NCBI RefSeq assembly: GCF_963921235.1
Contig: NC_086113.1
Span: 29,140,001 to 29,204,000 of the forward strand
Direction of reading: 5' to 3'
Source: Mobula hypostoma
Taxonomy: Eukaryota
DNA: 64,000 nucleotides
Positions 11,266 to 24,599 of the stretch are shown here, one piece after another. The notes under the pieces were generated by a model. It saw nothing but the letters and a program-made list of their open reading frames with translations, was not told the origin of the DNA and ran no database searches. The position numbers and the translations under genes are program-made. Position 1 is the stretch's first letter, and every line of letters starts with the position of its first letter.

Positions 11266-11568
11266 TATTAACTTTTTGAGTTTACATTGGTGAAACTGAT
11301 TCTTCATTCCAGATTTATTTATATACTTGATTTCAAAAGCACAATTGCTGATGTGAAATTGGAGCTTACAACTTGGGATCAATAGTATAGGTCAATAGTT
11401 TCTGATCCATTATCTAAACTACCATCCCATCGTTTTGCATGAAAAGACTAGAACATTTGGAGAAATATACTGGGGATTGTGAGAAGTCTGAAGCACGAGT
11501 AATAGTAACAATCAAAGATGAACTTTCACTCTGTGCAGATGAGTTGAGTTCTTTAAGGGATATATAGA

Positions 11569-12128
11569 CACTTGGTGACTATTTTGTAATGTACACCTGC
11601 ACGTTAAGGCAAATATCTAATCAGCCAATCATGTGGCAGCAACTCAATGCATAAAAGCATGCAGACATGGTCAAGAGGTTCATTTGTTGTTCAGTCCAAA
11701 CATCAGAATGGGGGAGAAATATGATCTAAGTGACTTTGTCTGTAGAATGATTGTTGGTGCCAGTTGAAGTGGTTTTAGTATCTTAGAAACTGCTGATCTC
11801 CTGGGATTTTCATGCACAGCAGTCCAGAGTTGACAGAGAACAGAGCAAAAAATAAAAGAGACATCCAGTGAGCACGGTTCAGTTGGTGAAAATGCCTTGT
11901 ATGTGCAAGAGGTCAGAGGTGAATGGCCAGACTGGTTCAAGCTAACAGGAACATGACAGAAACTCAAATAACCACATGTTACAATGGTGGTGTGCGGAAG
12001 GGCATCTCTAAATGCTCAACATATCATAGTTTGAGACAGATGTGCTACAGCAGCAGAAGGTCAACAATATACACTCACCAGACCCTTTATTAGTTACAGA
12101 AGGTACCTTATAAAGTGGCCACAAAGTG
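11569..12128 (+). mobile_element. Tc1/mariner internal-deletion derivative
   Basis: Degenerate TIRs (CACTTGGTGACTATTTTGTAATGTACAC / GTACCTTATAAAGTGGCCACAAAGTG + TA). From 11708 it encodes a Tc1 paired-like N-terminus, MGEKYDLSDFVCRMIVGAS*SGFSILETADLLGFSCT. Confidence 0.85.
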
Positions 12129-12176
12129 TAGACTAGAGTACTGGAATGAACTTTGCTGCTCTTATGTGAAAAGTAT

Positions 12177-12485
12177 ATCATAGAAACCATAGAAACTACA
12201 GCACAGAAACAGGCCTTTTGGCCCTTCTTGGCTGTGCCGAACCATTTTCTGCCTAGTCCCACTGACCTGCACACGGACCATATCCCTCCATGCACCTCCC
12301 ATCCATGTATCTGTCTAATTAATTCTTAAATGTTAAAAAAGAACCCGCATTTACCACCTTGTCTGGCAGCTCATTCCATACTCCCACCACTCTCTGTGTG
12401 AAGAAGCCCCCCCCTAATGTTCCCTTTAAACTTTTTCCCCCTCACCCTTAACCCATGTCCTCTGGTTTTTTTTTCTCCCCTTGCC
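12177..12485 (-). mobile_element. CR1 3' end, relatively young
   Basis: (CATAGAAAC)2 tail followed by CAGGCCTTTTGGCCC...CTGGCAGCTCATTCCATACTCCCACCACTCTCTGTGTGAAGAAG. Confidence 0.85.
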
Positions 12486-14059
12486 AGAAATGAAGGCATT
12501 TCATGTCAGAAATGCCTTCATTTTCATGCCTCTTCTAAGAGGTACAATCTCTCTGACCACGCAACGTTCTCTCATTACTGAACTAGAATACCAGGATGGA
12601 ATTTGACCTTAGGTTTTAGAGTTGATCCTGAATGCAGAAGGTCTACATTGAAAATATGAGAACCCTGCACCAAGCAATAATGTAGCTGAAGCAATAAAAT
12701 ACAAAGAGGTTTTGCCACAGAACTATTGTGGCACATTGGATCTGAGCTGCTCAGCTGCTCTTTATGTGAGGCAATATTCAGTATGGACTGGTTGGGCAGA
12801 ATAGGCTGACATCTGAGCCAACACTTTCAAAAGGCAGGCTTCTAATCGCTAACATTAATAAATAAATCCTACACAACAGTGGTTTTCATCCAGTCAAGGA
12901 AATAAATTATTAAAAAAAGAGATAAGGAAGAGGAAGAAGAAGGCAAAGATAGTTCTGTGTACAGTATGTTCAGCGAAGATCATAGATTCTATGCAAAACT
13001 CCAATTTGTACTTCTAATGAAGGAAAAGTGAAGTGTACCAATTGTGATGTCATTAGGCACACAAGTCTCCAGGAAAATATCAGCCATGCTATGGTGAGTC
13101 ATGCACATAGGTGCCAAGGTCATATTCCTAACAGGTGTAATTTCACCCTGAAATGAAAGCAGTTATGATCACTTTTAATTAAAAGCACATCAATAACTGC
13201 CTTCAGTTTCTAGGATGTGGAAAGCATGGGGCAAAAGTGACTGCTTTCCAGTCATATTCACTTCCTCTGACCTGGCCTACTTTACTTGAACTGAGGCATA
13301 TTAGAACAAAATTCGGATTAAACAAGTGAAAAAAAAAATCAAATTTCAAAAGTTCTGTCTTTTGCATTTGGGTTGTACTTCAGGAATTCAGTCACGTAGA
13401 TCATACTGTAACTCAGTGTTCATTAATAAGTAATGACTGTTCAAGGTACTTTGACTTCTATGCCCAATTTAGCCTATATGCTTGGATATCACTCAGAACT
13501 CTAGATTATAAACACTTTTATGTAATATCATCGCTGTTATGTATAATGCATCTATAATAGGTTTTAATACAATATTCAAAAAATTATTCCAGAAAACTAG
13601 ATGTCAGTAATGAATAAATAATGTGAAGTTACCATGCAGGAATTCAGCCAACAGATATTTTAACACATACATTGCACCAGTCTAGCTGGAAGTGCTCTCA
13701 GCACCACAAAGCAGACAAGATTTCTGAGCTGTAGCTACATAAAAAAAAAATCACTACAGTAAATTAAATTATGTGTGCATATGATGTAGTTGCTGTAGGA
13801 AGGTCTGTGGCCACATTTAGTCTGTGGATGGCGTGTGTCCAAACTAAATGCTCAATACTCTGTGGATATATAGATAATAAGAATTTGGCAAGATCACGGC
13901 AATGATTCAGGGATTTTTTTCTGCAGATCCTCCCCCAGCTGATTAAATTGGAAGCCCAGACCATGATAAGGTAAATTGCATCTGGTTTGTAAAAGGAACA
14001 GGTTTGACAGAGCCAATGACCTTGCTTCACCCATCTGTTTAAAATCTAACAAGCATTAA

Positions 14060-14530
14060 GTTTATCCAAAATTTAGCTGTCCGTATCTTATCCCACACTG
14101 ATTTCTACTCATCTATCACCAAATGTCCTTGTTGGTTCATGTTGGCTTACAGTTAGGCAAAGCTGGAGCTTAAAATTCTCAGTCTTATTTTCAAATCTCT
14201 CATTCCATTTTAACTCCAGTTTCAGCCAAGAATACTGAACTCCTCCAGTTCTGGAATCCTGTGTATTCCCAATTCGAACTTTTTAATAATTGAAATAATT
14301 CCTTCAGCTAGTTTCTACATTGTGGAAATCTTTCCCTAAATGTCTCTGCTTTGCCATCTCTCCCTTGCTTCAAGATCTCCAAGGAACCTACAACCTATGA
14401 GACTTCAGTCTTCTGTCTCTGCCTCCCTTTAAGTGGCTTGTGTCTATTTTGCTTGATGCTTACATTAAGCTTGTTGGAACTTTGCATCATGTTAAATACT
14501 ATATGCATGCACATTTTATAATATAATGCA
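14060..14530 (+). mobile_element. Old L2-like LINE 3' fragment
   Basis: TTAAAATTCTCAGTCTTATTTTCAAATCTCTC translates as LKILSLIFKSL, resembling the L2 FKILLLVFKSL motif. Confidence 0.45.
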
Positions 14531-15104
14531 ACTAAATTCAACAAAACACATCCTAATGAATTTTCACTCGTTTATATAGTGTAACTCAGTAATTATCATA
14601 GGATACAATCACTGTGATAATTAATTACTCTGAATAGGCACATAAAACTTATTGTGTCTTCAGAGCCAAACTAACCTTCTGCTTGATTTTTCATGCACTC
14701 CACCCATCACTATTCTCCTTCACATAAAACACACCAGGATATATTCTGAATAAATCTACGTTTGTAATTCTGCCCACTGCCACCTGATCTTTTCTGCATC
14801 AGGAACCAACAGATCAAAGGATGCTCAATGATTTCAAAACAATAAGTAAGGCAGTGCTTTAAGAAGGTGACTAATGTTTATTTTACAGTGGGAACCATGA
14901 AGTAGCATCAATATCACGGGAGCATAGGAAAATTTCTCCTTTAGGGCTACTTCACTGTTAGTGAAGCTTAAACGATCTTACAAACCCAAAATCATTGACA
15001 TTTACAAAAGAGAGATGGAACTTTCTACCACCCTTTGTGTTCAGAACTCTTCCTTAACCTCAAGCTGGCTCTGCTTCCTAAATAATATCTCCTGCTAATA
15101 CAAT

Positions 15105-15410
15105 GATAGAATCTTGGAGTCACAGAGAAAGCTGCATCGAAACAGGCTGTTCAGCTCTCTGAGTCCATGCTGGCCATCAACAATCCATTTGCATTAATCC
15201 TACATTAACCTCATGCTTTTATTCTCCCTATTTTATCATTGACTCCCTCAGATTCTACCAGTCATTTGTACACAAGGGACAATTCAAAATGGTTAAATAA
15301 CCCACTAACCCCCATACCTGTAGTACAGGGGAGCCAAAAAGAGATCAGACAAACTCCACAAAAATTGCCAACGAGGTCTTGATTGAATCCAATCTCTGGA
15401 GGCATGAGTG
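15105..15410 (-). mobile_element. V-SINE/HE1-like SINE with CR1-like tail
   Basis: ATAGAATC...GAAACAGGCTGTTCAGCTC tail; GGGACAATTCAAAATGG; CAAACTCCACA core. Confidence 0.55.
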
Positions 15411-15489
15411 TTTGGAAACCCCTGTAATACAAAATCTCAATGGAATAAGAGATTGGAGAAAAGTCCAATTATCATTTCAAAGAGAACTT

Positions 15490-15700
15490 ACTGACTCACT
15501 TTCATTCTAAATGCTATTTGCTCATTTTATTGTTTGCATGATTTGTTTTTTTTTTCACCTCTCACTGCACGTTAAGTGTGTGTTGCTCCTTTTTATAGGT
15601 TCTTTTTGGTTTCCTGTTTTGTGGCTGCCTGTAAGCGAATGAATTTGCAAGCTTGTATGCTGTATACATGCTTTGATAATAAATGTATTTTGAACTTTGA
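15490..15700 (+). mobile_element. Rex1-like 3' UTR fragment
   Basis: T-rich UTR ending AATAAATGTATTTTGAACTTTGAA. Confidence 0.5.
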
Positions 15701-17259
15701 ACACGATTACTTTTTGTAATTAGCATTTTTTTGAATTAGTGTGTCTAATATAAAATCAAAAAAGAAGGTAACTTCTGAGGATATTGGCAAGCCCAGCATT
15801 GTTCAGTCAAAAAGTGATCAAAATAAACCTAAGTCTGGGATTAATTTACTAAATATGTTAAGTGTTTCTGATATTTTAGGATTAGAAATAAATTTTAATG
15901 ATTTGCCTATGTTGCAGTTGCATTGTGGGATCTACATATAAGGGAAGTACAGATAATTCAGAAGCTAATGACTTTCTAGAGTAATGTACAGCATTCATTG
16001 AAAGAAATGGATTGCAGACGTACAGTGCAGAGATCAGATACCATGTTCCCGCCCACCAGTGTAGTTAAAGTAGGCTAGCGTTCAGCTGCTGTGCAAATGT
16101 AGGTGGCCCGCATAAGCTTATATTATTGTGCGTTTAAAAGAATATGCACTAATATACAATAAAATCGTACCAGTAATGCAAGTAAATATACAAGCAAATT
16201 TTTTCTTAGCTTTGAGTACAAAAAGACTTATGTGCAGGAGGAAAGATAACACTGCACTTATTTTAAACCCTGGTTAAAGCCACAAATGACTCTTACGTTT
16301 GATTTCAATTGGAAATCAGAACGACTGAACTGCGACATTTTCAATGAGATTTGTCAAGTAGTATGTTTCTTGTGTCCAGGCATACATTTGATCAATAGCT
16401 TCTCAGAAGGATTTTTTTTAAAGTGTTAGTATGTTCAAATAGATCAACTTAAATGAGCATAATTCCTTATTAGCATGTGATACATGCCTCTTACGTTAAT
16501 GTATGCTTTCCCTTCATTACACTACTTATTCTACAGCAAGTTAAGATCCACAACAAATGGAAGAACACCTGATAAAAATGGAAATGACGGCTCAAAGAAG
16601 TTTGAAACACAATAAATTATCTATAGTGTAACCATTCCCTATTGTGTAACACAATAGTCCCAAATACAGATAACCGAAATAATGTTTTAAAAAGAAGCAT
16701 AGTTGGATAGATGTTTAAGTCTATAACACGAGTGCTACCAAAGCCATAGGGAAATCAGACAGAAAAAAAAGCAGCTTCATGGGGAAATTGTAAGATGTTG
16801 GAGTGAATGCATGGGAGGCAGAGGTAACTTAATGTGATGATGTGCTCTGTGATATACCTCAGGAGAATGCATCCTGAAGTGCTAGACCTCCTACTATGGC
16901 ACTACAAAAGCTCCAGTAAAATGGTGCAGTCATTTATGCTGTTTCTCCAATGGCATTTCTATTTTCCTCTTAAAGAGAGATCAGTAGCTGGAATTCCAAT
17001 GTTATGGAATGGAGTATAATATTCACCATTTAGAGGGGAATCTGTTGGATAAGTCACCTGCATCTTATTGAAATAGTTTGATATTCATTTATTTGAATGC
17101 AACATTTTGCAGAACAGGCAGTTTCAACACCACTGATCTAGCATTGTGCAATTCCATTTTACCAACAAGCAGAAAAGAGTGTTTCACTCTATGTATGGAA
17201 TAACTACTGAGAAGAATTGTGGAAATGTAAATATTCAATATTCAGAATAAAATTATATA

Positions 17260-18066
17260 CAATGGATTCTGACTAAGTGGGCCATCAGTTAATTGAGGCA
17301 GCTGCTTATTTGGGACAACTCTTAAAGATCAAAATTAATCGAGAAAATAGCCTTTGTTAATTTGGGAGGCTATGCCACTTAATTGGGGCAGGCAAACAGT
17401 TGCTAACTAGAGTCAATCACATGCACTTGTGTGGTCGTTAGATACCCACTGTGCTTAGAGTGAACAGTTTATAAATAGCATCAGTTGCATGTGTTTGTAT
17501 TCAAAAATCAATGATCTTTCTCACTGATGGTTGGCAATTTGCAGGCAATAAGTAGGAGGACAATTCGGAACAGTTTTGTTCATTGCAGTTTCAAGCATTG
17601 ATATTTAGAGATGCCAAAAGTGGCTAGGAGTGAAAACAAAATGATTTCATTACTTAAACAAGTTAGGAAACACAATAAATTTAAGGATATTGTGAATCAT
17701 CTTGAATGTTATAATGAAAATGGAGATTTGGAGGATGTAATCATCAAAATCATTGTATGAAAGCAGTCCAATATCTGCACTAGGTGTCTGCACTGACTTT
17801 GCTCAAATTACAGCCAATCAAAAGGACACGGCAGCATACATTGAATTCCTTTGTCAATAACTACAGTATTAGTACTTCAATAGTATTGGTAATGTTCTAA
17901 TTTGTTGTGTATTTCATTTAAATACATAATTTGTTACTCAGTTAAATAGTTTTTCTTTTTTATAAATTTTTTACTATTTCCAAGACACTTCAGTTAACTG
18001 GGGCAGCCATTTTACAGGGCCAAAATGTACTGGTCTTACTATGTCCCAGTTAATTAGAATCAACTG
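17260..18066. mobile_element. pogo/Tigger-like non-autonomous DNA transposon
   Basis: Flanked by TA on both sides. TIRs CAATGGATTCTGACTAAGTGGGCCAT and ATGTCCCAGTTAATTAGAATCAACTG (reverse complement CAGTTGATTCTAATTAACTGGGACAT), with sub-terminal TTAATTGGGGCAG-type repeats. Confidence 0.75.
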
Positions 18067-19209
18067 TATTTTTTTTTTCTTTTTGTAGAGTACAGGCATC
18101 ACTACGAATCTAACACTTGAGCATCTGGTAGACCTATCTCTTGACCCACAACAGATATGTAGGATGAAGGTGATTTAACTTGCTAAAAGTTAAACTTTTT
18201 GTTGATTGTGATGGTGAACTGAACATCTGTAAATCATGTTTTGCTTTAAAATGACAGGATAAATCAAATGCACTAGAAACAAACTGACCATCTGGCACTA
18301 CAGTAAACTTCCAAATGATGAGAGGAAAACCATGAGTAGTGTTTTTGTTAACTTAACTATGATATCAATTTAGTAATTCAAAAGACACAAACATTGGCAG
18401 TGTTATGTGTCTCCTAACACCCCACTTTTATTTAAAAATTTCACGAACTGTGCTGGGATGTTTTACCCTTTTAAACAATGTGCTTGAAATTCAGGATGTA
18501 TTCCTCAAGGCATTTTTGACCATTCTTTTTACTGTCTATAAAATAATGCATTTATGTTTATGAGCTTATGATATTTATTATAATAATGAGATTATGTTTC
18601 TGGTGAGCACTTCCAGCAGAGAAGAGATGCACTTTCAGACACAAATTCACAAAATTATCTCTTTTGATCTTCTTTTCCTGAACATACATCAAAAGGAAAG
18701 AGTAACATATAACCAGAGCTGCAAGAAACTGCTTTATTGTTACACTCCCATATAAAATTTACACAGGCTAGGTTAAGGGGAAATTCATGGCTGTCTTTCA
18801 TAAGTCCTGGCCTTCAAATCAGTAAAATATTAGATCTGGGAGATTCTTTCTTTTAAGTCTTAATTCCTTTCATAATGTAACTTGTGTATTATTCCAAGCA
18901 GCAGATTATACAGCTTTTTTTGTTTAGCTCTTACTTCTGTTACAATGAGTAGATTTGAACTTCAGAGGTGGCTGAAAGAATTTTTCATCACAACTGGGGT
19001 GGTAAACTGATGGAAAGGATTGCCAGTCTACTTGGAACCCGTCCATTTACTGCCCAAGCTGCATAGCATAACCTTACCCCATGATTTGGTATCATATCAC
19101 GTTCTACCATGTTCAATGACTCCAGTGAAGATCCAGATGGTTTTCAGGACAAGTGTCAGTGTGAAGGGAACATAAGTAATTTCTCACTTTGCAGACTGAT
19201 CCCTTATAG

Positions 19210-19287
19210 TAGGATTTCCCATCCTGGGGGTCGATGCACCCCTTGGTTAATGGTGAGGCTGCATGACGTAAAAGATTGGGAACCCTG
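19210..19287. mobile_element. 78-bp hAT MITE
   Basis: Degenerate TIRs TAGGATTTCCCATCCT / AGATTGGGAACCCTG, with an 8-bp TSD-like pair CCTTATAG / CCCTAGAG. Confidence 0.7.
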
Positions 19288-19294
19288 CCCTAGA

Positions 19295-19600
19295 GCATGG
19301 ACAGACACTCTTCAGTCCATTGACTCTGTTCCAAACACCAAATATTCATTTACACTAATCACACACTCATCCCATTTTAATTCTGTTCTCATTGTCAACA
19401 ATCCTCCTCCATCATTTCAGATTCTACCATTCACCTGGAAACCAGGGACAATGTGCAGTGATCAATTAACCTTTGCGATATGGGAGAAAACTGGTGTATC
19501 CAGAGGAAATTCAAGAAGAAACAGAATTCTCAGCACAGAGAGCATCAGAGGTCAGTTATGAAACTGAGCTGCAGAAACCATAAAGTAGCAGCAGCAATAT
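19295..19600 (-). mobile_element. V-SINE/HE1-like SINE
   Basis: CAGGGACAATGTGCAGTGATCAATTAACC...TGGGAGAAAACTGGTGTATCCAGAGGAAA core. Confidence 0.55.
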
Positions 19601-21029
19601 TCCCTCCATTTTCTTTACAGCTGCGCAGACCAGCCATTGCTCTGAGCAGGATTATTTCTATGGCCTGAAAACTCTAAGGCTCATTTTTTTTTTTGTAATA
19701 TGCACACTATGAATATTTAGAATAAAAATTGAAAAAATATACTTTTCATTTTAAATAATTTAGTACAACAAAATATCTTTAATGTTTTATAAACCCTTTC
19801 TTGTCTGTCATTTTTATTACATAGCTATTGTCTATACACACTATCCAGATTAACTTCATATCCAGATGAAAGATACATCTTAACCCTCCTTAGATCATCC
19901 AAATGTTCCACTTCTAGTCTGTTTCTGAATTATCATTTGATTGAATTTATAAGACTGAATCCATGTTCATAGTCTGCACTAGAAGCTTGAAATGTTCCAA
20001 TGGTTTCAACAAGAATTGACAGTTCCTTGTTTCTAAGCTCGTATTTCAACATATCAGTAACGTCTTAATTAAACTAGCCTTAACTTCCACAGAAAAGGTA
20101 AATTTGAAATCATAGTATTGCTGCAATATTTTTGAGGAAATGTTTTCATTGTGGATTGTACTAGAAGCTGAGCATTTGTCAGTTGTACAACATTCTCATT
20201 TCTAAATTCAAAATTGCTTGTATTTGCAATAGCAACAGGGTCGAAAGCTTGTCATTCTCTAAATTCATCTTCAGGAAATCTATTATCCAAGTGATTACAT
20301 ACACATTGAGAGAATCAACGTCAGCACGAGTAGGTGCAAGCAGATCTTTTACCTGTCACTCCAATAAATGGTATCCTCAAGATAATGTGACCGAAACTTG
20401 TTTTTTGCTTTTGCATACTGCAGTGCTTAAATTGTATTCTGAAGGAATTTACAAAGAGATGCTGGATCTTTAAAACATTGTTAAGGAAAGTTAATGCTGT
20501 TCGATATTGTGGATTGGTGAAAATTTTCAGGCAGTAGTTGCTGATTGGATAATTACATGCATTAACTTGCTCTTTGCAATACTTGATCAAAATTTCGTAA
20601 TTCCTCATTAAACCAGTAGTGACAAAATATCTTCATGGTCATCTTACTTTTCTGTGGTTTAAATGATATTAAGTCCATTCTAACATAATTTCAAAATTAT
20701 ATTAACATTATGTAAAAAGAAAACTCCAGCTCTGTGGTAACAAGGGCTACGTGCATGGGAGCATTTCAAATACTGCGCAGCCACATGCGTACTCAGCTTA
20801 GAGGGGATATTGAGCAGCAGACACTCATATCTCCTGGTTGCTTTGTGTGTGAGAATGAGAATTCGTTTTTCCAAGCAAAATCTGCATTCCAGAGAATAAA
20901 AAACAACACATCCAAGTTGCAATTAGGTGCTCCTAATTTTCATAATACAAATGCCCGTGAAAGAATAAGATTAATGATATAATTCTAAATTCAGGGTCTC
21001 TTCTTTGATATATCACATTCTAAATGGTA

Positions 21030-21212
21030 GCAAGAATGTTCAGAAGACTGAGAGGGGATCTCATTGAAACTTATCAAATATTGAAAAGTCAAGATAGAGT
21101 GGACGTGGAGAGGATGTTTCCTGTAGTGAGAGAGTCTAGGACCAGAGGACACAGCTTCAGAGTGGAAGACATCCCATTAGGACAAAGGTGGGGAGGAATT
21201 TCTTTCGCCAGT
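21030..21212 (+). mobile_element. CR1 3' coding fragment
   Basis: ORF 21024..21215 reads RRLRGDLIETYQIL...SRTRGHS. Confidence 0.85.
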
Positions 21213-22149
21213 TAAGTTCCAGGGAAATGTCACTATCTGGGGATGGTTGGAGTTTCACTGGAATGACAGGGACCTAGTGTTTGGGGCTCAGAGGGTGGTG
21301 TTCACTGTAGTTTGACTCTTGGTAGGGAGCCACGGTCTCCATCCATGAACAGAGAGGAAGGGTGAGGGGAGTGCTGACTGAACATGGTGAATGGAACAGA
21401 TAGGTGTGGTGTGCACGATGGAAACTATTGCCAGTATTTTGATTGAGTAGAGTTGAAAAAGGATATCTTTGAGAATCAGGGCCTTGGATTGAGAGAGGCA
21501 GTCACCTACAAAATATTAGACCCCAAAGAATATACCTGAACACTGCCCCATTAAATGTTCACATTCAAACTAATGAAGTTGTTGATGAAAAACAAAATGG
21601 CCTGAATTTTGTGGTCAGCAAGAGAAAGGTAGAGCATAAAAAAACTCTTTATAAGCTCATTGGTTTCAGGTGAATTATATCTTTTTTGTGCATCTGTTTC
21701 CAATGCAGTACAAACTTTCCAAAGATGAAAAGAAAACGCGGTTTTCTGAAGTCTTATGGAGAAATTGCATGGGCAATTTCAACACAGAATATGAAGGAGA
21801 CTCACAGCAAAAGAAATCTACCGTCATTCACATTTTATTGATTATTGAGGGTTGGGACTGATACTTCCATGCTGAACGACAGCAGTACAACACCATTCGT
21901 CACATAGTTAAGTCTGTGTTCATACACCGTGTCATTTCTATCAATTAAAGTACTGCCTTTTTGTTTCAGATGATCAATGCTAAAGCTTCACCATGACCTT
22001 CTGTTGTTCTCATTTCAATAATCAAACAGTGGCTGGCCTGCTGATCATAATCTTTAATTTTAGAAATCCAAATTACTGGTCTGATTCCAGTTTATGGCAT
22101 TAAATTTCCAGTTAACATTCACTTTGAGACTAAATGAACACAAGTACAG

Positions 22150-22265
22150 AGAAAATATTGACAATTCCTTTCCTCCCACAGATGTTGCTTGACCCATTCA
22201 GCTCCTCCAGCAGATAGAGAATATTTTTGTTCCAGGTTCTGGCATTTGAAATTTCTGGTGTCTTC
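22150..22265 (+). mobile_element. Penelope-like terminal fragment
   Basis: TTGACAATTCCTTTCCTCCCACAGATGTTGCTTGACCCATTCAGCTCCTCCAGCA module. Confidence 0.5.
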
Positions 22266-22929
22266 GTGTTAGTAGAAGCAAGATTAGGACAATTTGTCCT
22301 AACATTCAATGCCAGCCTCAAATCTGCTTCTTTTCCAGTTCTCTATTACACTCAATTTCCCAATTATTCAAATATCTCTCTATTTTCACTTGAAGGATGG
22401 CTAATGATTTGTCTTCTGCCTCTCTTAAGGACAGAGAATTCCAGAGATTCCAGTTATACTATTTCCATAACCCCTTGTTGGTGATTTTCTCATCGGTGAA
22501 AATATCTCAATCTTTGCCTTGTCACGTGTGTTTTGGATCTTATATGTTTCAGTAAGATAACCACTTGTTCTTCTGAAATCTGAGGATTAGGATTTCTTGA
22601 CTAATATAAAGGGACAGCAGAGAATTACGATAGAAAGTAACCAACTGGGAGAATCTGTTCTGAAGTGCCTAATTGAAGATGCAACTCCACTGGAGTTGAA
22701 AAATGCCGAACTGGAGGAGAAAAGAAAAGTGACAGATGTGTAACTGGGCAGATGAACTGAAGAACCCTATTTTAGCTGATTTATGCTGCTACCATCAGAT
22801 TGATAATGCAATAATTGTTTTCAGCAACAACATATGTCTGATGGTTTCAGCCACTAATATTACTCAACTCTACTGACTGGGTTCCATTAAATGCCATAGA
22901 GCAAAACGTGCAGAGCTAAGTACAAATGA

Positions 22930-24035
22930 TGTGGCCTCATTTGGAGGAATGAGAGCAGTTTTGGGCCCCTTATCTTAGAATGGATGTGCTGAAACTGGAG
23001 AAGGTTCAAAGGAGGTTCACGAAAATGATTTCAGGATTGAATGGGTTTTCATATGAAGAGTGTTTTGATGGCTGTAGGCCAGTATTTGCAGGAATTCAAA
23101 AGAGTGAGAGGTGAGCTCACCAAAACCTATTGAATTGTGAAAGGCCTTGATAGAGTGGAATGGAAAGGATGTTTCCTTTGGTGGAAAGTCTAAGATCAGA
23201 GGATACAGCCTCAGAATAGAGGGGCATCATTTTAGAATGGAGATGAGGCGTTATTTCTTTAGCCAGAGAGTGGTGCATCTTTGCCTCGGATAGCTCTGCA
23301 GTCCAGGTCTTTATGTCTATTTAAGGCAGAGGTTGATAGATTGTCGATTGGTCAAGGCATGAAGGGACATGGAGAGAAGGCAGGAGATTGGGGCTGAGAG
23401 GAATATTAGATCAGACATGATGAAATGGCAGAGCAGACCCAATAGGCCAAATGGCCTCATTCAGATCCTCTTTCTATGGTCTTGTGTTCTAAGATGCTGG
23501 TGAAGACCAATTTGGAGTACTATGTGCAGTTTTGGACACCCGCCTACAGAAAATTTGTAAATAAGTTTGAAAGAGTACAGAGAAAATTTACAAGGAATTT
23601 GCCGGGTCTAGAGTACCCGGGTTATAAAGTAAGATTGAATAGGTTAGGACTTTAGTCCTTGGGACATAGAAGATCGAAGGGAGATTTGATAGTACCAAAT
23701 AATGAGGGGTATAGATAGGATAAATGCAAGTAGGCTTTTTCTTCTATGGTTGGGTGGAACTACAACTAGAGATCATGGGTTAAACATGAATGGGGAAAGT
23801 TTAAGTGGATGTAAGTGAAAACCTCTTCAGAGGTCATGAGAGTGTAGAATGAGTTGCCAGTGCAAGTGGTGCATACAAGCTCGAAATTAACAGTTAAGAG
23901 CAGTTTGGATAGATACATAATTAGTATGGGGACAGAGAGCTATGGTCCCAGCAGAGGTCAAAATGGTTAAAATGGTTCAACATTGATTATAGGTGCTGAA
24001 CGGCCTGTTTCTGTATGTATATTTCTATGACTCTT
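22930..24035 (+). mobile_element. Two head-to-tail CR1 3' fragments of different subfamilies (junction about 23490)
   Basis: Each begins near the RPHLEY/QFW region and ends in its own tail (CTATGGTCTTG; TTCTATGACTCT). Confidence 0.85.
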
Positions 24036-24599
24036 TAAATTGGCATTTTAAAAAATTTGTTAATGTCATTTGTAGAAATATTTTATCATTCAAGGATGCA
24101 GCATAATCACATAATCGATGTATCAACTGTGGAAACGCATTACTGAAAATTTTAGGTCTTCCTCTCACTCCTACTTTCACTCAACATTGGTTTGTCAAAG
24201 CATTGGCAGTACAATGTCAAAAATACAACTGATACCGGATTCAGGGTAATCAATGTTCACTCACTCTTGAAATCTTTCTGCATTGATAATATCATCTCTA
24301 ACCATTTGCTGCACAATAGCTGATAAGCTTTCTCGTGAAATTTCTACCTCATCCAAATCATAATCACTGTTTGTCTCTGGAGAGAATTTGGGTCATAATC
24401 TGATAAGTATGATTGGTTTATGATATTCCATCATCTGGAGTCTCAACAGGCAGCCTCATCTAGAAATATTATTACCTATTTTTCTTACTAACTTGTTTTT
24501 GTAACAGACCAGATCATTAATTACTTCTGAAATATGTAATCTGTCCTTGTTTAATCCAGACAAGTGTGAAGTATAAATCTTTGGTAAATCAAATTCTGG

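Noticed and set aside
19109-19561. 150-aa ORF as a gene
   Set aside because: It runs across a hAT MITE and an antisense SINE and shows no recognisable domain.
22620-22745. Short open frame RITIESNQLGESVLKCLIEDATPLELKNAELEEKRKV as an exon
   Set aside because: No polypyrimidine tract or convincing donor, and no recognised homology.
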